Part shown: positions 8,601-15,537 of the stretch, in pieces
How positions within the stretch are numbered: the first letter of the stretch is position 1
How the letters are laid out: each line of letters starts with the position of its first letter
Source: Octopus sinensis
Lineage: Eukaryota
Assembly: GCF_006345805.1 (NCBI RefSeq)
Contig: NW_021825462.1
Coordinates: 1 to 15,537, forward strand
Length of the DNA: 15,537 bases
Direction: 5' to 3'
Program-made: the position numbers and the translations under genes
The notes under the pieces: generated by a model
The model's input: only the letters and a program-made list of their open reading frames with translations
What the model was told of the DNA's origin: nothing
Database searches by the model: none

Positions 8601-10276
8601 TTAATATACATGTGTTTTTTTTGGTTATTCATTACGAATCCCTTCAAGTTTATAGTCGCAGGTAATCGGGTATAGGGCCATTTCATCCTTATTCGAAATT
8701 ATCAGCATGATATAAATTGAGGCAAGTGAGACATTACTTATTGATCAGTTTACTATTTTATTCTAGTGGACCCCTAAGGACATTCGATGTTTAAAATCTA
8801 ATTTTATCGATACTTCTTTCAAAATTTCTATTTTGTCTATCACGCATTCATTTGTGTAGGATGTACTATCTAAAACGGCAGAGAAAGAAACCTGCCTGTT
8901 TCTTGCAATACTTATATCTAAAGTAACATTTTCCATGGACCTCTAAAATACTAATGTGGATAAAAATTTACTGTTTTTCTTGTGTGGATCCAACACCAAA
9001 TCTGATATGGAACCACAAGGAGCCATATGGCTCGGTTGAAAACCATTGTTATATATGTAAAAAATATTTAGTTTAGAAGACATTCATGGAATGTGTTTTT
9101 CTTTCTTTTTTACTTTCTTCTTTTTCTTCAGAGAACGCTTGTAGTTCAGCAACTGAGAAGAGGAGAGAACAGATCATAGATTCTTACTCTATTTTATTTC
9201 ATTTTATTCTTATGTCTGGCTGGTAGACTTGATCCGTCGCCCGGTTTAACACAACCATCTGGTTCTTGGTCATATGTGGCCGCGTCCACTCAGAATACGC
9301 CCCCGGCTTAAGGAAACACAACATCGATATGTTGTGTTGTTTTCTACGACAGTAACCCATGGGTTGTAGTGGTTTCTTCCTCTCTTTACTCCCAATCAGA
9401 CTGTAAGACCTTACCTAGATCATGACAGTTACACTCTTTTCCAATGTCTAACGTGCTTGACCGCTATGAAGTGAACGAACTTACAAGGCCTTTCGGTCGG
9501 CGGGTATCTTTTTGGACCATCACTCGCTAGTAACCCAAACCCTGACTCTGCATTCATAAGGCGTAGAATGATTTTCTGGTACAATTTTCAGGGAAAGAAG
9601 TGCGCTTTAGAAGCAGTAAAAAAAAAACGTATGCCATAAAATGATTAAGACGTCTAATCATTTTAAACTTGATGTTTAACACACAGTTACGCACAGGCAA
9701 ACAAGTTAACGTACGCAACGCACACAATATACACAACACACACAACTCACACAACACACGCAAACACAAATATATATATACACACGCATTACAGACAGGA
9801 GGAAATTATGATTAGTCTATTATCCCCAAAAAGGAAATATTGTTTTTACTCCAAAATTAAAGTCAGAGCTTCAGGATCTTAAGGTAAAATAGCGGAAAAG
9901 AAAGTTAATTATATATCTAAAAAATTACCATACAAACGTCTCACAGAGGAAATGTCCTCACAGACTCTTCATCCTGTTAAAAATAGCAGCCAAACAACCC
10001 TCAAATCAAGTCCTTTATAAGAAATATAGGGACAGCATATCAAAAAATATAGCCGGAAGTACACCACCTTTGTTTGGGAAAACGACGTGATGATCACGGC
10101 CGGAACATCGTTCATGGTAAGTTTGTTCGATCAAAGCTGAACAGCGATTCATAGAATGACAACACACCACAGAAATCAACCGTGTGTGGAGGACAGCACA
10201 TGAGTATGTTATATATATATATACATATCATACATACATACATAAATACGTACATACATACATAAATACATACATA

Positions 10277-10331
<55 letters not shown>

Positions 10332-10355
10332 ATATATATATAATATATATATATA

Positions 10356-10746
10356 TTGTTTCAGTCATTTGACTGCGGCCATGCTGGAGCACCGCCTTTA
10401 ATCGAGCACTCAACCCGGGACTTATTCTTTGTAAGCCCAGTACTTTTTTGCCGAACCGCTAAGTGACAGGGACATAAACACACCAGCATCGGTTGTCAAG
10501 CACCGATGCTGGTGTGTTATGCTAGGGGGACAAACACAGACCACAAACATACACACAAATACATATATATATACATATATACGACAGGCTTCTTTCAGTT
10601 TCCGTCTACCAAATCCACTCACAAGGCATTGGTCGGCCCGAGGCTATAGCAGAAACACTTGCCCAAGATGCCACGCAGTGGGACTGAACCCGGAACAATG
10701 TGGTTGGTGAGCAAGCTACTTACCACACAGCTACTCCTGCGCCTAT
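10356..10746 (-). mobile_element. tRNA-derived SINE, near full length, inserted in (TA)n
   Basis: Minus-strand head ggcgcaggagtagctgtgtggtaag (A-box-like)...ccgggttcagtccca (B-box-like), then ttgggcaagtgt, an internal (TA/CA) tract and a 3' tail ending gctccagcatggccgcagtcaaatgactgaaac. Confidence 0.85.
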
Positions 10747-10974
10747 AAATATACATATACATATACATATACATATATATATATTATATATGTATGTATA
10801 TGGATATATATGTATGTGTATATATATATATACAATGTTCCATTTTTCCCGAGCGTCAAACTAGTACACTTGCTTGTTGTTCCTACACCTATGTTCGTCT
10901 TTTCTATTAATTTGAACTATATATATATATATGTGTGTATTCATATACATACATACATACATACATACATACAT

Positions 10975-11059
<85 letters not shown>

Positions 11060-11194
11060 CATACCACTACATACATACATACAACATCCATACATACATA
11101 CATACATACATACATACATTCATACATATATATATATTATATATATATATAATAATAATAATAAATAATAATATATAATAATAATAATAATATA

Positions 11195-11670
11195 ATAATA
11201 ATAAAGGTAAAATTAAATAATTAATTTATAATTAATAATTTTACCAAGCAGCTCGGTATGTTAAAAGAACCATTATCGGTAAACTTATGCAATAATTTTA
11301 TAATTATGAGTGTAATTATAATTAGGTTCAGCAAAATTTGCTTCACCACATACCGAAATTTAGAATAGCAGTTAAACTACTATTTTACTACCATAAGATA
11401 TCTCCCAGACAGCAATACTCAATAACTCACGGCAGGTAAAGAGATATCTGGGAGATATCTTATGGTAGTGAAATAGTAGTTCACTGCTATTTCTAAATTT
11501 CGGTATGTGTGTGAAACAAATTTACTGAACACTAATTATAATTATACCCATAATTATAGAATTTTTTATGAGTTTATCGATAATGGTTCTTTTAACATAC
11601 CGAACTACTTGGTAAAATTATTAATTATTAATTAATTAATTAATTAATTAATTTTACCTTTTATTATTAT
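11195..11670. mobile_element. ~475-bp foldback element (two ~215-bp inverted arms, 37-bp spacer) in (AAT)n
   Basis: aaaggtaaaatt...ctaccataagatatctcccaga (to 11409) mirrored by tctgggagatatcttatggtag...aattttaccttt (from 11447); scattered mismatches; no coding capacity. Confidence 0.8.
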
Positions 11671-11876
11671 TGATAATAAAATTCTCTCCCTGATAGCAAA
11701 CTACAGTTTCTGCGGAATTTTGCTCGTTGGCACACGTGGGTGAGTGAGGAGGAATGCGAGATCTCATTCGTCTGTTTGAATTCGGAAGTACTGGTCTTTG
11801 GATATATGCTGTTTGATGCCGCTTGGTCAAATGAGTATGTTAATTTTAAGTGCTCTCAAATTTAAAATCTTGAATT

Positions 11877-11959
11877 ACTGTACCGGTGAGGAGAATGAGT
11901 GAGTAGAAATATGATTTTACATATTTTACATGTCTTTAACCCCGAAACGCGTATACAGT
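11877..11959 (+). ncRNA. Degenerate minimal hammerhead ribozyme (core CCGGUGA)
   Basis: Stem I ACUGUA(11877-82)/UACAGU(11954-59); core CCGGUGA (2 changes from CUGAUGA); weak stem II GG..CC around a ~50-nt loop; GAAA(11944-47)-CGCG-U-A with palindromic helix III ACGCGU. Confidence 0.5.
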
Positions 11960-12000
11960 TAATCAGAGCTGAGTGGATTCGTTATTTTTTCTCTTTACCT

Positions 12001-12395
12001 ACGTGAGTTGCATGCAATTCTTCTCAGCCCACTTTTATATTTCGTCCAGCTCACACTACAGGTGTATAGTGTCTTCAGTGTTCTGTATTACCTGTAAGAC
12101 TTTTGTATCATCTGCATAACTTGTGATCGTGGCTCTGTGTGTGGCTGAGGGCATGTCTGAGAGGGCCATTATGAACAGTAGCGTTCCTAAAACAGTACCT
12201 TGCGGAATACCGCTCACTATTTCATGCTGTTGGAGGTGGCCCCATTGGCTACTACCACCTGACTTCTATCCTTCAGAAAGTTATGAAGCCATTCTCCCAA
12301 TTTTCCAATTACGCCGAGATCATGCAGTTTGTGACATATCATTCCATGATCGACTTTCAAAGGCCTTTGCGAAGTCGAGATATATTACTTCATTA
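12001..12395 (-). pseudogene. CR1/L2-like LINE reverse transcriptase fragment
   Basis: Minus-strand frames give EVIYLDFAKAF, KVDHGMICHKLHDLGVIGKLGEWLHNFLKDRSQVVVANG, SGIPQGTVLGTLLFIMAL, ITSYADDTKV (YADD 12107-12118), WAEKNCMQ, with frameshifts and stops. The + strand ORF 12123-12608 is its antisense shadow. Confidence 0.88.
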
Positions 12396-12997
12396 AAAAA
12401 CAGTCCCAATCACTGCTATAATCCACAACGAATCACTTTTAGGTCACAATATACACAACACACACAACTCACACAACACACGCAAACACAAATATATATA
12501 TATATACACACGCATTACAGACAGGAGGAAATTATGATTAGTCTATTATCCCCAAAAAGGAAATATTGTTTTTACTCCAAAATTAAAGTCAGAGCTTCAG
12601 GATCTTAAGGTAAAATAGCGGAAAAGAAAGTTAATTATATATCTAAAAAATTACCATACAAACGTCTCACAGAGGAAATGTCCTCACAGACTCTTCATCC
12701 TGTTAAAAATAGCAGCCAAACAACCCTCAAATCAAGTCCTTTATAAGAAATATAGGGACAGCATATCAAAAATATAGCCGGAAGTACACCACTTTGTTTG
12801 GGAAACGACGTGATGATCACGGCCGGAACATCGTTCATGGTAAGTTTGTTCGATCAAAGCTGAACAGCGATTCATAGAATGACAACACACCACAGAAATC
12901 AACCGTGTGTGGAGGACAGCACATGAGTATGTTATATATATATACATATCATACATACATACATAAATACGTACATACATACATAAATACATACATA

Positions 12998-13074
<77 letters not shown>

Positions 13075-13079
<5 letters not shown>

Positions 13080-13472
13080 TCAGTCATTTGACTGCGGCCA
13101 TGCTGGAGCACCGCCTTTAATCGAGCAACTCAACCCCGGGACTTATTCTTTGTAAGCCCAGTACTTTTTTGCCGAACCGCTAAGTGACAGGGACATAAAC
13201 ACACCAGCATCGGTTGTCAAGCAACCGATGCTGGTGTGTTTATGCTAGGGGGACAAACACAGACACACAAACATACACACAAATACATATATATATATAC
13301 ATATATACGACAGGCTTCTTTCAGTTTCCGTCTACCAAATCCACTCACAAGGCATTGGTCGGCCCGAGGCTATAGCAGAAACACTTGCCCAAGATGCCAC
13401 GCAGTGGGACTGAACCCGGAACAATGTGGTTGGTGAGCAAGCTACTTACCACACAGCTACTCCTGCGCCTAT
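13075..13472 (-). mobile_element. Duplicate copy of the SINE at 10356-10746
   Basis: Colinear within the tandem duplication. Confidence 0.85.
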
Positions 13473-13673
13473 AAATATACATATACATATACATATACAT
13501 ATATATATTTATATGTATGTATATGGATATATATGTATGTGTATATATATATACAATGTTCCATTTTTCCCGAGCGTCAAACTAGTACACTTGCTTGTTG
13601 TTCCTACACCTATGTTCGTCTTTTCTATTAATTTGAACTATATATATATATATGTGTGTATTCTATACATACA

Positions 13674-13709
<36 letters not shown>

Positions 13710-13716
13710 TATATAA

Positions 13717-13755
<39 letters not shown>

Positions 13756-13832
13756 GTATATATATATACATACTAACACACATACATACATACATACATC
13801 CATACATACATACATACATACATACATACATT

Positions 13833-13904
<72 letters not shown>

Positions 13905-13910
<6 letters not shown>

Positions 13911-14378
13911 GGGTAAAATTAAATAATTAATTTATAATTAATAATTTTACCAAGCAGCTCGGTATGTTAAAAGAACCATTATCGGTAAACTTATGCAATA
14001 ATTTTATAATTATGAGTGTAATTATAATTAGGGTTCAGCAAAATTTGCTTCACCACATACCGAAATTTAGAAATAGCAGTTAAACTACTATTTTACTACC
14101 ATAAGATATCTCCCAGACAGCAATACTCAATAACTCACGGCAGGTAAAGAGATATCTGGGAGATATCTTATGGTAGTGAAATAGTAGTTCAACTGCTATT
14201 TCTAAATTTCGGTATGTGGTGTGAAACAAATTTTACTGAACACTAATTATAATTATACCCATAATTATAGAATTTTTTATGAGTTTATCGATAATGGTTC
14301 TTTTAACATACCGAACTACTTGGTAAAATTATTAATTATTAATTAATTAATTAATTAATTAATTTTACCTTTTATTAT
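13905..14378. mobile_element. Duplicate copy of the foldback element
   Basis: Left arm ends at 14117, right arm starts at 14155. Confidence 0.8.
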
Positions 14379-14587
14379 TATTGATAATAAAATTCTCTCC
14401 CTGATAGCAAACTACAGTTCTGTTTTTGCGAATTTGCTCGTTGGCACACGTGGGTGAGTGAGGAGGAATGCGAGATCTCATTCGTCTGTTTGAATTCGGA
14501 AGTACTGGTCTTTGGATATATGCTGTTTGATGCCGCTTGGTCAAATGAGTATGTTAATTTGTGCTCTCAAATTTAAAATCTTGAATT

Positions 14588-14670
14588 ACTGTACCGGTGA
14601 GGAGAATGAGTGAGTAGAAATATGATTTTACATATTTTACATGTCTTTAACCCCGAAACGCGTATACAGT
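14588..14670 (+). ncRNA. Duplicate copy of the degenerate hammerhead
   Basis: Same sequence within the second duplication unit. Confidence 0.5.
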
Positions 14671-14710
14671 TAATCAGAGCTGAGTGGATTCGTTATTTTT
14701 TCTCTTTCCT

Positions 14711-15104
14711 ACGTGAGTTGCATGCAATTCTTCTCAGCCCACTTTTATATTTCGTCCAGCTCACACTACAGGTGTATAGTGTCTTCAGTGTTCTGTATTA
14801 CCTGTAAGACTTTTGTATCATCTGCATACTTGTGATCGTGGCTCTGTGTGTGGCTGAGGGCATGTCTGAGAGGGCCATTATGAACAGTAGCGTTCCTAAA
14901 ACAGTACCTTGCGGAATACCGCTCACTATTTCATGCTGTTGGAGGTGGCCCCATTGGCTACTACCACCCTGACTCTATCCTTCAGAAAGTTATGAAGCCA
15001 TTCTCCCCATTTTTCCAATTACGCCGAGATCATGCAGTTTGTGACATATCATTCCATGATCGACTTTCAAGGCCTTTGCGAAGTCGAGATATATTACTTC
15101 ATTA
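14711..15104 (-). pseudogene. Duplicate copy of the CR1/L2-like RT fragment
   Basis: YADD at 14817-14828; colinear with 12001-12395. Confidence 0.88.
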
Positions 15105-15214
15105 AAAAACAGTCCCAATCACTGCTATAATCCACAACGAATCACTTTTAGGTCAATTGACCATTTAACATCCTACTACTATCATACCACCTGCATTCCT
15201 TTATTATTCTCCCT

Positions 15215-15333
15215 TCTCTTTCTTCTTCTTCTTCTTCTTCTTCTTCTTCTTCTTCTTCTTCTTCTTCTTCTTCTTCTTCTTCTTCTTCTTCTTCTTCTTC
15301 TTCTTCTTCTTCTTCTTCTTCTTCTTCTTCTTC
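15215..15333. repeat. (CTT)n microsatellite
   Basis: Long nearly pure CTT run, read directly. Confidence 0.97.
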
Positions 15334-15537
15334 GTCCTCTTCCTTTCCGCCACCTCCTTCCTAACTTTACTACTATTGTTGTTTAGAATAACACCTACGC
15401 AAATTTTATAAACAATACATTCAAAAGAGATGTCTCAAGAATCAATCACTACTACCATCCACAACAAGTCCCTTTCAGGGCACTTGACCATTTAGCATCC
15501 TACTACTTATTATGGCACTCCCGCATTTTCTTCTTTC

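Larger units (their letters stand above)
9723..15155. repeat. Head-to-tail tandem duplication of ~2.72 kb (9723-12446 and 12445-15155)
   Basis: cacaatatacacaac... starts at 9723 and 12445; aatcacttttaggtca ends at 12446 and 15155; 2-bp CA overlap at the junction; copies are colinear throughout. Confidence 0.97.

Noticed and set aside
9034-9048. ggttgaaaaccattg, resembling a hAT/Charlie terminal repeat
   Set aside because: No partner TIR, 8-bp TSD or transposase seen; too little to call.
11460-11510. Hairpin in the foldback arm as a fourth hammerhead
   Set aside because: No CUGANGA-like core before it and UAAA rather than GAAA after it.
12030-12085. Minus-strand CUGAAGA followed by a hairpin and a later GAAA
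   Set aside because: GAAA is out of register with the stem, there is no stem I/III, and the sequence is RT coding.
12123-12608. 161-aa + strand ORF
   Set aside because: Antisense shadow of the minus-strand RT (LSKAFAKSRYITS mirrors VIYLDFAKAF) and it crosses the duplication junction.

Overview
AT-rich, repeat-saturated eukaryotic non-coding DNA with no intact protein-coding gene. The SINE families look like those I recall from cephalopod (Octopus) genomes; that taxon call is inference. Protein remnants: a decayed Tc1/mariner (DD37D/maT-like) transposase (~2120-2570), a 5'-truncated Dong/R4-clade non-LTR retrotransposon with RT, CCHC knuckle and RLE endonuclease sitting in an (AAT)n tract (4734-7187), and a CR1-like RT fragment on the minus strand. 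Several tRNA-derived SINEs, two long foldback elements and extensive microsatellites fill the rest. The last 5.4 kb is a ~2.72-kb head-to-tail duplication (9723-12446 / 12445-15155) whose copies differ almost only by 1-bp indels, so it is either very recent or an assembly artefact. The most notable signal is RNA-level: three unrelated minimal type I hammerhead ribozyme (HHR) motifs of the Penelope-like-element kind. One has a compensatory G3-C8 core and is present on both strands of a 398-bp palindrome (1600-1650 / 1671-1721). One has a canonical core plus a predicted pseudoknot and lies right behind the Dong element (7264-7318). One has a degenerate core (11877-11959, duplicated at 14588-14670). 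All structures were folded by eye; no database search or activity test was possible.
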